Origin: Methylococcaceae bacterium
GTDB lineage: Bacteria; Pseudomonadota; Gammaproteobacteria; Methylococcales; Methylomonadaceae
Direction: 5' to 3'
NCBI GenBank assembly: GCA_050303415.1
Contig: JBNLBS010000019.1
Coordinates: forward strand, 16,545 to 80,544
DNA: 64,000 nucleotides
The position numbers and the translations under genes are program-made. The notes beneath the pieces are model-generated. The model was given only the letters and a program-made list of their open reading frames with translations, was not told the origin of the DNA and searched no databases. Shown piece by piece: positions 43,315 through 54,398 of the stretch (position 1 is its first letter; each line of letters opens with the position of its first letter).

Positions 43315-44157
43315 TTATTGCAGTTGACTGCGAAATTCGGGCATAAAATGCCATACGCCTTCCAAGACGCCTGCCGCGTAATTCCCATTCATTGTTAAAT
43401 ATTGGGCTTTGGCAAGATAAAGCCGGTCTTCAAGATTGTGTTGTTTGGCAAGTTTACATGCCATTTGTTTTACTTCATCGGTTGCATTTGCGACCAATAC
43501 CGATGGAATCTCGCTACTGAGTACCGGTAAATCATTACCGCTATCACCGGCAAAAATAACCTCCTTCGTGTCATAACCCAATTGCTGATATAAAAATTCG
43601 ATTGCATGTAGTTTGGTCGCGTTTTTCGGCAACACATCCAACAGTCCTATACCCTTGGGCTCATCTATACTCCAGATTAAACTGGCATCAACACCAACTT
43701 CATCCAAACAACGCTGCATCTGAGCAATAACATTATCCTTATTAACTTGTAACGGTAAGTAATAACTTAACTTATAGGTATTTTGTTTACTGACTTCCTG
43801 CAAGTTTAAGTTCTTTATATGGCGGAATAACTGTTTGATCTGTTCGTGACTTTTGCCTTTCCAGTCTTTGGCAATTTCTTCATTCCAACTCAGCAATTCG
43901 AGCCAATGCTGATTTTGAAATTGATAAATATTGGTTCCTACATCGGTAATCAGAAAATCTGGTTCTGGTAATGCATAATTTTTAATCGCCTGCTTGACCA
44001 GCGCCAGATGTCTTCCGGTTACATAGACCAATGTTACTTCCGGCAATGCACAGAAGTCAGAAAATCGTTGTCGGGCATCCAGCGACTCCGGCTGCTTTCC
44101 ATTGGGAATGACCGTTCTATCCATGTCGGAGCAGAGAAGTAATCTTGACTGATTCAT
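43315..44157 (-). CDS. spp: Sucrose-phosphate phosphatase (HAD superfamily)
   Basis: LLCSDMDRTV HAD motif I, ~280 aa, immediately downstream of sps. Confidence 0.8.
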   Translation of the reverse strand: MNQSRLLLCSDMDRTVIPNGKQPESLDARQRFSDFCALPEVTLVYVTGRHLALVKQAIKNYALPEPDFLITDVGTNIYQFQNQHWLELLSWNEEIAKDWKGKSHEQIKQLFRHIKNLNLQEVSKQNTYKLSYYLPLQVNKDNVIAQMQRCLDEVGVDASLIWSIDEPKGIGLLDVLPKNATKLHAIEFLYQQLGYDTKEVIFAGDSGNDLPVLSSEIPSVLVANATDEVKQMACKLAKQHNLEDRLYLAKAQYLTMNGNYAAGVLEGVWHFMPEFRSQLQ

Positions 44158-46314
44158 TTAACTGACCTCCTCTCTGGGGTCTTTGCATTGGTTGAAAAAA
44201 TCGTAGAAGTCCAGGGCCTCTATAATTCCGGCAGCAAATTTTTGCTTGGCAAAATAAATGCGCTCGACATCCAGTAATTGTGACAATTCCTCATAATGAC
44301 GATTAGCGACGACCGCAGCCAGCGTATTCCCTCGCATCATATCTTCATCGGCCCCCGAACCACCGGCAACAAAGATGCGTTCTAATGGAATACCCCATCT
44401 ATCCGCTACATAACGTAATGCCAAGCCTTTAGAGGCACGCTGGGGTAAAACATCCAAATATTGGCCAAATGCCAACTGTACATACACAGACTGTTCTTCC
44501 TGGTGCAATAAACTTTTAATTTCTTCTATATCCGTTGTTGAAGTATCGATGTAATAACTTAACTTGAAACGGCTTTGTTCTGTTTTGGGTTGTTTCTGCA
44601 AGCCCGGATAATTATCCAGAATTTTTCTGATCTTATGCGGCGTCCAATGAAAGTCGATATGTTTTTCCCAGGCAATATCTGTCGCTAATTTCGGCGAGTA
44701 ATTAATTTCTGTACCGCTACTGGTGATTAAAATATCCGGCTCAGGGATTTTATACTGTTTCATCAGTTTTAAGGCGGAATCTAATCGACGCCCCGTCGCT
44801 ACAGAAAATTTTGTGCTTTTACGGTGTTTACGTATCAAACCCGTCAATTCCTGCAGTGCTTCCATATCACCCAATAAGTTTTGATCCAAATCACTGACTA
44901 TGGCGCGGTCGGAATAAAGTTGATTTCGCCTGTTAACAGGCTCCCGGGTTAACCGTTCGGAATGTTGCACAATCGGCTGGACTAATTCCATATAGCGTTT
45001 GGCATGGGATTTCCAGGAATAATGTTCACGGACATTTGTTAAACCCTGTTTACTGAACTTGCACCATAGTTTCTTATCGGTCAACAACCTTAACAAGGCA
45101 TCACTGATTGATTCCGGTTCCAACGGGTCGATTAAAAAACCATTATGGCAATTTCCAATAATATCCCTTGGCCCGCCGTCTTCAGTAGCTACAATCGGCA
45201 ATCCGGTCGCCGCAGCTTCAATTAAAGTCAAACCAAAAGGTTCAGTCAGAGCCGGATTAACAAACACACCACCTAATGCAGCTGCAATTCGGTAAAACAA
45301 CACCACCTGTTGGCGTCGGTGATGTTTTGGCATGGAGACTTTTCCGTAAAGATCATAACGGTCAATGGCGACTAATAATTCATGAAAAACCTCTTGTGCA
45401 CCATCATCCAAATCGTCAATATCATCGCGGTTTCCAGCAACTATGACTAAATTGGCCAATTCCTGCAAGCGCGCCGACTGACCGTACGCTTCAACCAAAG
45501 CGGTGATATTTTTACGTTTATCAGGTCTTGAAAGAGCCAGAATAATTGGCTTTTGAGCATCTTTTAAATGATAAGTAATCTTGTCAAACAAGGGCGAGTC
45601 AAGATCATCCTGTTCCGGCGGGGTAAACTGGGTTAAATCAGTTCCAGGCGGAATAACCCGCATCTGCTCGGGTTGATAATAATCATAAAGCTCGTATTGC
45701 TCTTTAATTTCTTGACGGGTACTGGTAATGACACGTTCTGCACTTGCCAAGACCTGCTCTTCAGCTTCAATTCTGCGGGCAATATGATAACGTTCTTCAA
45801 TTTCAACACTTGAAAGACCGCTGGCCAATAAACGGTAACGCTTGACTCTGCCCAAAGAATGCCCGGTATAAATCAGAGGAACGCCAAGCAAACTGGTTAA
45901 ACGAACACCGACATAACCGGCGTCAGCATAATGACTGTGAATAATATCCGGCAGCGTATCGCTTTGTTTAAAAAAGCTGGTTACATTATCAACAAACGCA
46001 TCCATATAATCCCATAACTGCTCCTTTGGGATATATTTATCAGGGCCGGCATCGATTCGTATTATGCGTAAATTTTCTGACAAGGTTTCAACCGGTTCGG
46101 CATATTCAGGCGCTATCGTACTATCGACTATCCGTCGGGTAATCAAATCGACTCGACAAACCCCGGGTTCACTGGCCAAGGCTTTTGCCAGTTCCAGGAC
46201 ATATAATGTTTGCCCGCCGGTATCAGCATCCCGTCCTAATTCAAGGTTTTTTCCGCGAATCAAACCATGAATACTCAGTAGCACGATATACAATTGATCT
46301 TTTACTTTACTCAT
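44158..46314 (-). CDS. sps: Sucrose-phosphate synthase (GT4 glycosyltransferase with C-terminal SPP-like domain)
   Basis: 718 aa; the N-terminus (GGQTLYVLELAKAL) and the GT-B fold E-x7-E region (EPFGLTLIEAAATGLPIVAT) match SPS-family features. Confidence 0.85.
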   Translation of the reverse strand: MSKVKDQLYIVLLSIHGLIRGKNLELGRDADTGGQTLYVLELAKALASEPGVCRVDLITRRIVDSTIAPEYAEPVETLSENLRIIRIDAGPDKYIPKEQLWDYMDAFVDNVTSFFKQSDTLPDIIHSHYADAGYVGVRLTSLLGVPLIYTGHSLGRVKRYRLLASGLSSVEIEERYHIARRIEAEEQVLASAERVITSTRQEIKEQYELYDYYQPEQMRVIPPGTDLTQFTPPEQDDLDSPLFDKITYHLKDAQKPIILALSRPDKRKNITALVEAYGQSARLQELANLVIVAGNRDDIDDLDDGAQEVFHELLVAIDRYDLYGKVSMPKHHRRQQVVLFYRIAAALGGVFVNPALTEPFGLTLIEAAATGLPIVATEDGGPRDIIGNCHNGFLIDPLEPESISDALLRLLTDKKLWCKFSKQGLTNVREHYSWKSHAKRYMELVQPIVQHSERLTREPVNRRNQLYSDRAIVSDLDQNLLGDMEALQELTGLIRKHRKSTKFSVATGRRLDSALKLMKQYKIPEPDILITSSGTEINYSPKLATDIAWEKHIDFHWTPHKIRKILDNYPGLQKQPKTEQSRFKLSYYIDTSTTDIEEIKSLLHQEEQSVYVQLAFGQYLDVLPQRASKGLALRYVADRWGIPLERIFVAGGSGADEDMMRGNTLAAVVANRHYEELSQLLDVERIYFAKQKFAAGIIEALDFYDFFNQCKDPREEVS

Positions 46315-46786
46315 AATTGTATTCCACCCCCTGTTTTATAGATATATGTCAGACACTAATCAATATATCCACACTATATCAGATAAAAACACCTAATAAA
46401 TCATAACCTAGTAAACAAGTTTATGCGACCGGGCTAAAATATTAGGAAGTCAAACCTCGCACGAAGCCGGGAATTTCAGTTTTATATTTAACATATCCGT
46501 GGAGTTGATACCGGTATCGTTACTGCTTTACTGTTGGAGCAATCTTGAACAGGGGGACGATGAAATTCCTGCTGCACAAGAGGAAAATGTGGATCACCCG
46601 TTTGCAAATAATTTTGTGGTAGCAATACGCTTATAGAATACTGAAACGGCTTTCATTGGTCTGCAGTGAAAACACGATCGCCTGATATCCGAGGAAAAAA
46701 TAGTAAGTGTCGACAGCATGAGCCAACCCAGTATCTGATATGATTGGACACAGAAAACCGCTAATTCAATTAATATATAAATGAAG

Positions 46787-46808
46787 CAGGACACTCGAAA
46801 GTGTCCTG
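46787..46808 (-). terminator. Rho-independent terminator downstream of the 46833-47177 gene
   Basis: CAGGACACT-cgaa-AGTGTCCTG hairpin. Confidence 0.5.
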
Positions 46809-46832
46809 AAATGAATACCCGGCTATAATAAA

Positions 46833-47177
46833 TTAAAATTGACTTCTTAAATCAGCAAAGCCTTTACTCGCCTCGGCTAAATGTTGTTTAGCAACATCTA
46901 AGTTACCTTTTTGTGCTGCAAAGCGTGCTTGTTTTAAATGCCCGTTAGCCCGTTGACGCTTTATGTCAATGTTGTCACCTTGTGGTATTTCCTTAACTAC
47001 TTTTGCCGCCGTTCTGATTAACAGAATAACGTCTTCTTTAGATGAGCCATTGTCAATAGCCTTTGATGCTTCAGTAACTTTCTCTGATACCAGGTCTATA
47101 ATCTCACCAACGCCGGCAAAAACAACAGAAGAAGTAACGATAAAAAGAACAAACGTAATATTTTTTAAAAGTTTCAT
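46833..47177 (-). CDS. Small secreted alpha-helical protein of unknown function
   Basis: Signal peptide MKLLKNITFVLFIVTSSVVFA, 114 aa, K/A-rich. Confidence 0.4.
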   Translation of the reverse strand: MKLLKNITFVLFIVTSSVVFAGVGEIIDLVSEKVTEASKAIDNGSSKEDVILLIRTAAKVVKEIPQGDNIDIKRQRANGHLKQARFAAQKGNLDVAKQHLAEASKGFADLRSQF

Positions 47178-47505
47178 TTATTAGTCCCTATATTATTTAA
47201 CAAAATCAAAGACATATAAAAACAACTATATACCCATCTGCATTCTACCATAGATAATATAAGGAAATATTTTAAAACTGGTATTCTCTATAACAAATAT
47301 TACCCATTTTAAAAACCGTATATTTTCTTATACATTTATAATCACAATTAGAAAATATTAATACGGCTAATAAATATCCTGGCTAATTCATTGCCAAGAT
47401 CCAACCTGACAGCTATTACTAAGCTTTTTATAGCAATATATTTACTCCCCTTCATTTATACCATTATTATTTTTTATGATGCCATGAATAAGTATTTAAC
47501 AGCCA

Positions 47506-48999
47506 TTACGCATAAATGCTCAACAAGCCGTTACTGGCTACAGCCCTGCCGTTGTCAATTTCATTCGCTAGATCGTCAGCAACATCACCAGAATCACCCA
47601 CATTAGTCTGATTGCCCTGGTTCTGCCCCTGTCTCTCTTCCTGCGCCATCCGATCAAACCCCCTAGACTGACCCTGGTCAGACGATTGGTGCTGAGTCAC
47701 AGTAACTTCAGTCAAATTTAATTGCTGTGTATTGAGCATTTCTCTTAATTTAGGTAAAGCCTGTTCAAGCGCCTCCTTTACCACCGCATTTTGTGCGGTA
47801 AAAGCGATACTGGCCTGATCATGATTGACATCAAGCTTTATTGATATCGGACCAAGGTGCTGCGGATTTAACCTGACTTCTGCAGATGGAATAGTTTTAT
47901 TAAACATCCAAACCACTTTTTCACCCAACTCTTTATTCCAGCCGGGAGAGTTTACCGGTTGATTCATGGCCGGGATTTCCACCTTGTTATTCGCTGCTAC
48001 GGATGACCTGTTTTCAGGCAGCATATTCAAGACCAGTTTACTGACCGAATGTTCTTCACTGGATTTTGGCAGACTTGCCTCCGTTATCTCCAATTTTCCC
48101 TGTTTGGCAGCCGCAATCATTTCATTCGTTTTGCTTATTTTGGCTGCAAATGCATCTTTATCAAAGGGCATGTTATCGGGTTCTTTATCCAATAACGAAG
48201 CATTCGAACTTAAGCTAGCAGTTGCCTGATTTTGTGTACTCATTACTGCTTTACCCTGTTCATTATTATCTAATTGAGACAGAACCTGTTTTGCGCCCTG
48301 ACCAATTGCCACTTTTAATTTACTCAGTTCTTCACCGTCAACATGTGTTGATATACCAGGGCTACCCTCAGAATTTTTACTGAATGCCCCAGAATGTTCT
48401 GATTGAGGCTGCTCCGATGATTGAGACTGTTTAAGCAAAGATGCCAATAATGCCGCCCCCTGCGTGTCTTTCTCTAAGCCATGTTCAAGTTCATCTATTT
48501 CACCATTGACCAGTTTGACTATATTTTGTAAAGCTTCGGTGTTCTCTTCCGATGCCAGCATCTGTTTTATATCCGCCAATCCTTTGGCATTATCGATTGA
48601 CACCAGCAATTGTTTTATTTCTGCAATATTTTCTTCTGACAATTCTGCTGTTAAGGCCGCCTCGGAATCGGCAGCGGCCATTTCGATATGTTCCAGAACT
48701 TCAGTTAAAGCGGCAAGCGTCTGTTCCAGGTCTATATCCATCATACCTTCCGGCAATTCTTTGCCGGTCAGCGAGGCAAGAATTTGCGCACCGGTCAAAC
48801 CTTGTTTTTGTTGTTGTGCAATCAGTGCCTCGGCGTCAATACCGGTTAGTTGTTCAAGCTGTTCCTTAAAAGCTTCAGAGAAACCCTCGGCACCCTTTGT
48901 TCCAGACAATAATGATGAAGCTCCCGCTTCTGATTTAAACAGTTTTGCCAGTACACCTGAGTTTTCAATATTCATATTATTTCTCGCAATAATTGACAC
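47506..48999 (-). CDS. fliK: Flagellar hook-length control protein FliK
   Basis: Q/S/E-rich central region, conserved C-terminal FliK domain (LNPQHLGPISIKLDVNHDQASIAFTAQNAVVKEALEQALPKLREML). Confidence 0.8.
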   Translation of the reverse strand: MSIIARNNMNIENSGVLAKLFKSEAGASSLLSGTKGAEGFSEAFKEQLEQLTGIDAEALIAQQQKQGLTGAQILASLTGKELPEGMMDIDLEQTLAALTEVLEHIEMAAADSEAALTAELSEENIAEIKQLLVSIDNAKGLADIKQMLASEENTEALQNIVKLVNGEIDELEHGLEKDTQGAALLASLLKQSQSSEQPQSEHSGAFSKNSEGSPGISTHVDGEELSKLKVAIGQGAKQVLSQLDNNEQGKAVMSTQNQATASLSSNASLLDKEPDNMPFDKDAFAAKISKTNEMIAAAKQGKLEITEASLPKSSEEHSVSKLVLNMLPENRSSVAANNKVEIPAMNQPVNSPGWNKELGEKVVWMFNKTIPSAEVRLNPQHLGPISIKLDVNHDQASIAFTAQNAVVKEALEQALPKLREMLNTQQLNLTEVTVTQHQSSDQGQSRGFDRMAQEERQGQNQGNQTNVGDSGDVADDLANEIDNGRAVASNGLLSIYA

Positions 49000-49028
49000 A
49001 TTACGCTTTTTTTAGCTTTGCCTTAATA

Positions 49029-49493
49029 TTAAGCATTTCCCATGCCATTTGTACTATTCTGTCTGGCACTGGAAACCCGGTCATCCTGTTCGTTCTGCTC
49101 CTGCTTTGCCTGTTGCTTTTGTTCCTGTGCTAAAGCCGAGTCTGAAACCTTCTGCAAGCCTTTAATATTAAAGTGAATTTTTTCCCATCCTTGTCTACAC
49201 ATCTGCAATTTTGAATTAGCTTGTTTAACCACCTGTTCTTGTTCTTTTATCGCCTTATCCAGCTTATCCATAAAAGACCGGTATTCCAGCAACTGTTTAA
49301 TATTGACGCCACCATCTGCCAGCGCTTGATATTTCTTTAAATAATCCAGTCGGTATTGAATCAGGCTTTGCAACTGGTTTTGTTTTTGTTGATGATTTTT
49401 TTGCGACTCAGCGAAAATTTGTAAGGCCTTGCTTTCTTCAATCCCTTTGAGTTCAACAATATCGTTAATTCGTTGAGATTTTTTCTTCATCAT
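49029..49493 (-). CDS. fliJ: Flagellar export chaperone FliJ
   Basis: 154-aa coiled-coil protein between fliI and fliK. Confidence 0.8.
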   Translation of the reverse strand: MMKKKSQRINDIVELKGIEESKALQIFAESQKNHQQKQNQLQSLIQYRLDYLKKYQALADGGVNIKQLLEYRSFMDKLDKAIKEQEQVVKQANSKLQMCRQGWEKIHFNIKGLQKVSDSALAQEQKQQAKQEQNEQDDRVSSARQNSTNGMGNA

Positions 49494-50854
49494 TCACCTG
49501 CCGGAGGCTGCACATCTAGAAGCGTAGCCAGTTCGTTTAGACTACGTTCAAAATCAACTGGTTGATTCATACTTTGCTGTAAAAACTCCATAATCAGCGA
49601 ATATTTTTCAATCGCCTGATCCACTCTCGGATCAGAGCCGGGTTGATAAGCACCAACACTGATAAGGTCGCGGTTTTGTTGATATAGGGAATACATGCGT
49701 CTGAGCTCTCTGACTAACAGCATATGCTGTTCATCAACTATATCCGGCATTACCCGGCTGATGGAGCCTTCTATATCAATCGCCGGAAAATGACCGGAAT
49801 CGGCCAGGGTTCTGGATAATACAATGTGACCGTCCAAAACACCTCGAGCAGCATCGGCAATGGGATCATTGACGTCATCGCCTTCGGTTAATACGGTATA
49901 AAAAGCGGTAATTGAGCCTCCGCCCACATCGGCATTACCCGCCCGTTCGACCAAGTGAGGTAATTTAGCAAACACTGAGGGCGGGTAGCCTTTAGTGGCT
50001 GGCGGTTCATTGATGGCCAGGGCAATTTCCCGATGCGCCTGGGCATAACGAGTCAATGAATCCATTAATAACAGAACATCCAGGCCCTGGTCTCGAAAAT
50101 ATTCGGCAATACTGGTGGCCATTAATGCACCATTGGCTCTGACCAAAGGCGGATAATCAGCCGGTGTGGCAACGACAACAGCTCGCTTCATGCCTTCCTC
50201 ACCCAATGTTTTCTGGACAAATTCATTAACTTCCCGCCCCCTTTCACCAATCAACCCGACGACGACGACATCCGCATTGGTAAATTTGGTCATCATGCCT
50301 AACAAGACACTCTTACCGACCCCGGTTCCGGCAAACAGCCCCATTCTCTGCCCACGACCCACACTTAGAATTGAATTGATGCACCGAACCCCAACATCCA
50401 GATATTCTCTGATGGGTTTACGGGATAAAGGATTAATTGCCGTTCCATGCAAAGGCATTCCCGCATCTGTTCTTAACGGACCTTTGTCATCCAGCGGTTT
50501 TCCCGAACCATCCAGCACCCTGCCCAGCATACCGTAACCCACTTTTACCAGACTGTCTTTACCTAACGGGATGACTCTACACTCGGGCTCCAAACCATGC
50601 GTGTCGCCACTTGGCATCAAAAAGATTCTGTCTCCGGCAAAACCGACGACTTCGGCCTCAATTAATTCTCCGCTGACATTCTCGACTTGGCATCTGGAAC
50701 CGATTGATGCTCTGCAGCCAACGGCTTCCAATGTTAAACCGACCATGCGCGACAACTTGCCTTCTACCACCATTTCCACCGGTGCATCCAGCCTATCAGT
50801 ATACGTTTTCAACTGATTGAGCCAGGTTTCAGATCGATCAGCAGAAACTTTCAC
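49490..50854 (-). CDS. fliI: Flagellum-specific ATPase FliI
   Basis: Walker A GLFAGTGVGKS, Walker B DVLLLMDSLTR, F1-ATPase beta-like fold. Confidence 0.92.
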   Translation of the reverse strand: MKVSADRSETWLNQLKTYTDRLDAPVEMVVEGKLSRMVGLTLEAVGCRASIGSRCQVENVSGELIEAEVVGFAGDRIFLMPSGDTHGLEPECRVIPLGKDSLVKVGYGMLGRVLDGSGKPLDDKGPLRTDAGMPLHGTAINPLSRKPIREYLDVGVRCINSILSVGRGQRMGLFAGTGVGKSVLLGMMTKFTNADVVVVGLIGERGREVNEFVQKTLGEEGMKRAVVVATPADYPPLVRANGALMATSIAEYFRDQGLDVLLLMDSLTRYAQAHREIALAINEPPATKGYPPSVFAKLPHLVERAGNADVGGGSITAFYTVLTEGDDVNDPIADAARGVLDGHIVLSRTLADSGHFPAIDIEGSISRVMPDIVDEQHMLLVRELRRMYSLYQQNRDLISVGAYQPGSDPRVDQAIEKYSLIMEFLQQSMNQPVDFERSLNELATLLDVQPPAGE

Positions 50855-50856
50855 CG

Positions 50857-51570
50857 TTAACGATCCTCTCTACGTTCACCACCCATCACCTGAGCAATGA
50901 CCAAAGATAATTTGTTTTCCACAGTTGCATCTACATGAGATTGCTCGGTATCGATTTTACAGCCACCTCTAGTGATTAACGGATCTTCCTGTATATTCCA
51001 GGGTGAACTTTCTGTGTCCAGTTCCAATGCATTACGAACTAAAACAGCATCATCTGGATGTAAAGTTACCGTTACTTTTTGCGAGGACATGGGTAAAACC
51101 TCCACGCCCTGTTTAACCGCCGCAACAACCTGCCCAGGATCCATTTTTAACTCTCGCCTGAGCAGTTTTGTCGCAATAGCGATAGACAGCTTGACCAGTT
51201 CTTTCTCTACCTTTTCATCCAGGTCCTTAAACGGTTCAGCCAGAGTTTCCATCAGTCTGGAAAACTCAGCAGCCTGCTCTTGTAACAAATGCTTATTTTC
51301 TTCATAGCCATCTTTCAAACCCTGGTCATAACCTTGCTTCCTGCCTTCTTCCATACCTTGTTTAAAGCCATCTTCCTTACCCTGGGCAAAACCTTCATCA
51401 TAGGCACTTTTTTGAATGGCTTCGATCTGCTCAACGGTGACCATCGGCACTTGCTCTTCCGTATCCTGATCCGAACCATCACCATTAACCCCGGGTAAAG
51501 TCCAGACCGTTAATGTTTCAAGCTCTTCTTCGGAAAATTTCGTTACATTAGATGAGTTCATCTGATCCAC
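50857..51570 (-). CDS. fliH: Flagellar assembly protein FliH
   Basis: E/Q/K-rich coiled-coil N-terminal half, FliH C-domain, between fliG and fliI. Confidence 0.75.
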   Translation of the reverse strand: MDQMNSSNVTKFSEEELETLTVWTLPGVNGDGSDQDTEEQVPMVTVEQIEAIQKSAYDEGFAQGKEDGFKQGMEEGRKQGYDQGLKDGYEENKHLLQEQAAEFSRLMETLAEPFKDLDEKVEKELVKLSIAIATKLLRRELKMDPGQVVAAVKQGVEVLPMSSQKVTVTLHPDDAVLVRNALELDTESSPWNIQEDPLITRGGCKIDTEQSHVDATVENKLSLVIAQVMGGERREDR

Positions 51571-52579
51571 CGCTTAACATAATGTCCCCGGCATCGGCCA
51601 GTTTTTTGGCTATTGCCAACACATCTTTTTGTGCCAATTCAACTTCACTGAGTTTGACAGGGGCAGCTGCCTCCAGATCATCACGCAACATTTCTGCCGC
51701 ACGTTTAGACATGTTGTTAAAGATTTTATCTTTCAAGGAGTCATCCACCCCTCGCAGGGCAACCAATAATTGATCGGTGGATACTTCGCGTAACAACGTT
51801 TGCATACCTCGGTCATCAATATTGGCCAAGTCATCAAAGACAAACATTTTATCCTGAATTTGTTGCCCCAGTTCGGCACTGCTGTCCAGAATATCTTCCA
51901 TGATTAATTCACCGCTGGAAGCCTCCATAAAGTTCAAAATACTGGCCGCAGCATCAATACCACCTATTGAAGATGACTTCATGCTGTCACTACCGGTCAG
52001 CTGTTTCTCCATAATTTCATCCAGTTCACGTAAAGCAGCAGGCTGTACACCTTCCAGCGTGGCAACTCGCATTAAAATATCGGCACGCATATTTTCAGGT
52101 AAAAACTGTAATACTTCCGCAGACTGATCACTATCGAGCAAAGATAAAACTATGGCTATAATCTGAGGATGTTCCAAACGAATTAAATCAGCAATGGAAC
52201 GGGTATCCAGCCATTTTAATTGTTCAATTCCTTTACTGTCGGCCCCCATTAAGATTCGGTCAATAATACCGCCGGCTTTTTCAGCACCCAGCGCCTCGGT
52301 CAGCATTTTACGAATAAAATCATCTGATTTTAAACCCAGTCCTGTTTGAGTTTTGATCAGCGTGATAAATTCACTCAGTACATCATCAACGGTTGCCGCT
52401 GAGATATTCGAGATCCCCACCATGGTCGAACCCAACAGCTGTACATCTTTAGGCCCCAAATGCCTTAAAACATCCGCCGCCCGACTTTCGCCAACCGCCA
52501 ATAGAATTAATGCGGCTTTCTCAACTTGAGAAATATCACTTTCTTTTTTTCTAATATCGCTTAAATCAGCCATTGTCAT
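51548..52579 (-). CDS. fliG: Flagellar motor switch protein FliG
   Basis: 343 aa, armadillo repeats, conserved charged torque helix region. Confidence 0.9.
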   Translation of the reverse strand: MTMADLSDIRKKESDISQVEKAALILLAVGESRAADVLRHLGPKDVQLLGSTMVGISNISAATVDDVLSEFITLIKTQTGLGLKSDDFIRKMLTEALGAEKAGGIIDRILMGADSKGIEQLKWLDTRSIADLIRLEHPQIIAIVLSLLDSDQSAEVLQFLPENMRADILMRVATLEGVQPAALRELDEIMEKQLTGSDSMKSSSIGGIDAAASILNFMEASSGELIMEDILDSSAELGQQIQDKMFVFDDLANIDDRGMQTLLREVSTDQLLVALRGVDDSLKDKIFNNMSKRAAEMLRDDLEAAAPVKLSEVELAQKDVLAIAKKLADAGDIMLSGGSDELI

Positions 52580-54374
52580 TCAGCCATTGTTTTATAACCT
52601 GAGCAACCAACGCGGCATCTTCTTTAATTAATTCCTGCACATATTCCAGACGTGCGTCATAACTGATTGGCGCTTCCAATAACAATAAATCTTCTGTTGC
52701 CGCACTATATCTTCCTTCCCCTTCCTGGCCGGCCGGTACAGCAATGGGTACCCCTTTCTCATCGACAGGTTTCCCCTTGTCATCGACACGTACCGCCATC
52801 GGGTTGCCGTTTTTGTCAAACATGACTATGCCGCCAATTTCTTTAGCCTGTTGCTGAACAAGTAATAGCTGTTGAGCCTTTTCCTCTTCTTCAGATCGAC
52901 CAATCAAACCACGCATAGTTGGTTTTAAAACACCAAACACTAAAAATACAATAACCAAAGCGGCCGCGAGTTGTTTCATTAAATCAATAAACCAGCCTTG
53001 CTCCCAGAGCGGAATGTCCGGCAATGCTTCCATTTTTTCCGGCATTTTAAAAGCCACATTGGTTACAGTTACCTGGTCCCCCCGGGTACTGTCAAAGCCT
53101 ACCGCCTGTTTGACCAGGTCGGCGAAACGATTGATATCTTCCTGCGCATAGACCTGACTGATTACAGTACCGTCTTCAGCCGGAACATGCCGATTATCAA
53201 TAACCACGGCAACCGACAAGCGACGCAAGACCCCGCTGGCCAGCCGAGTATGAGTAATTGTTTTATCCAATTCATAATTTCGTGTTGCACTTTTGCTGGC
53301 AGAACCGGGCGAGGCAACGGTACCGCCTCCGGCTTCATCACCACCAGATACCTTCTCCGGTGCAACACCTGCAGGTGGCGGTTGATTGGATAATGCGCCG
53401 GGCACCCCCTGGACAGAAGACATATTACTGCTGTCTTCCTGCACCTGTTCACTTCGTAGAGCAGGTAAATCAGGATTAAACATTTCCTGGGTTCTTTCTG
53501 TAACGGCAAAATCCACATCGGCACTAACCTGGGCTCGCATGCCGTTACTGCCCACTAGCGGTATCAATATATTTTCAATGCGGGCGGTTAAATGTTCCTC
53601 TACATTTTTTTTGTATTCAAATTGCTTGGTCGATAAACCTAATTCAGTCGAAGATTCTTTTGAATTTAGTAACCGTCCTTTCTGATCGACAACAGTCACC
53701 TGACTGGATTCCATCATGGGAACACTGGAAGAAACCAAATGAATAATCGATTCAATCTGGCCCTTTTCCAATATCCTTCCCGGATAAAGATTAACCACAA
53801 CCGAGGCGCTGGGTTTTTTACGCTTACGTAAAAAAACGGATTGTTCCGGTAAAGCCAATAATACTCTTGCGGTCTTTACATTCTGAATCGCCATGATAGT
53901 CCGGGCGATTTCACCCTCCAAAGCCCTTTGATAACGGGTTCTTTCTGCACTTTTACTGGAACCAAACCCCTGTTCCTTATCCAGTAACTCATAACCTGTA
54001 CCGGTGGTTCTTGGCAAACCTTGCGCCGCCAGTTGCAGCTTGATTTTACGCACATCATCAGTCGGCACCATGATCGCGCCTGAACCGGTATCAACTTTAT
54101 ATTCAATGTTCTGCTGTTGGAGAATTTCCAGAATTTCGGCAGAGTCAGCCTCGGAAACATTGCTATACAATAAATCGTACGAATCTTCTTGTGACCATAG
54201 AACAACAGCCACAGCGATAGCAACACTAAAAGCCAAACCCAGCATCAAACCGATTTGTCTGACCATATTCATACCGGACAGACCTTTTATTGCCGGATGT
54301 ATAAAAGGTGGCTCGGAGGCAGCTTGTTTAGAACCGACTTCTACCAGATTATTGACGTTTTGCTGTTCACTCAT
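52566..54374 (-). CDS. fliF: Flagellar MS-ring protein FliF
   Basis: 602 aa, two TM helices flanking large periplasmic domain, overlaps fliG start. Confidence 0.9.
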   Translation of the reverse strand: MSEQQNVNNLVEVGSKQAASEPPFIHPAIKGLSGMNMVRQIGLMLGLAFSVAIAVAVVLWSQEDSYDLLYSNVSEADSAEILEILQQQNIEYKVDTGSGAIMVPTDDVRKIKLQLAAQGLPRTTGTGYELLDKEQGFGSSKSAERTRYQRALEGEIARTIMAIQNVKTARVLLALPEQSVFLRKRKKPSASVVVNLYPGRILEKGQIESIIHLVSSSVPMMESSQVTVVDQKGRLLNSKESSTELGLSTKQFEYKKNVEEHLTARIENILIPLVGSNGMRAQVSADVDFAVTERTQEMFNPDLPALRSEQVQEDSSNMSSVQGVPGALSNQPPPAGVAPEKVSGGDEAGGGTVASPGSASKSATRNYELDKTITHTRLASGVLRRLSVAVVIDNRHVPAEDGTVISQVYAQEDINRFADLVKQAVGFDSTRGDQVTVTNVAFKMPEKMEALPDIPLWEQGWFIDLMKQLAAALVIVFLVFGVLKPTMRGLIGRSEEEEKAQQLLLVQQQAKEIGGIVMFDKNGNPMAVRVDDKGKPVDEKGVPIAVPAGQEGEGRYSAATEDLLLLEAPISYDARLEYVQELIKEDAALVAQVIKQWLNDNG

Positions 54375-54398
54375 GCTATAAAATCACTAAATAGTCCA

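Noticed and set aside
46594-46794. 66-aa ORF in the sps-upstream intergenic region
   Set aside because: No RBS, hydrophobic junk composition, overlaps the predicted terminator of the neighbouring gene.
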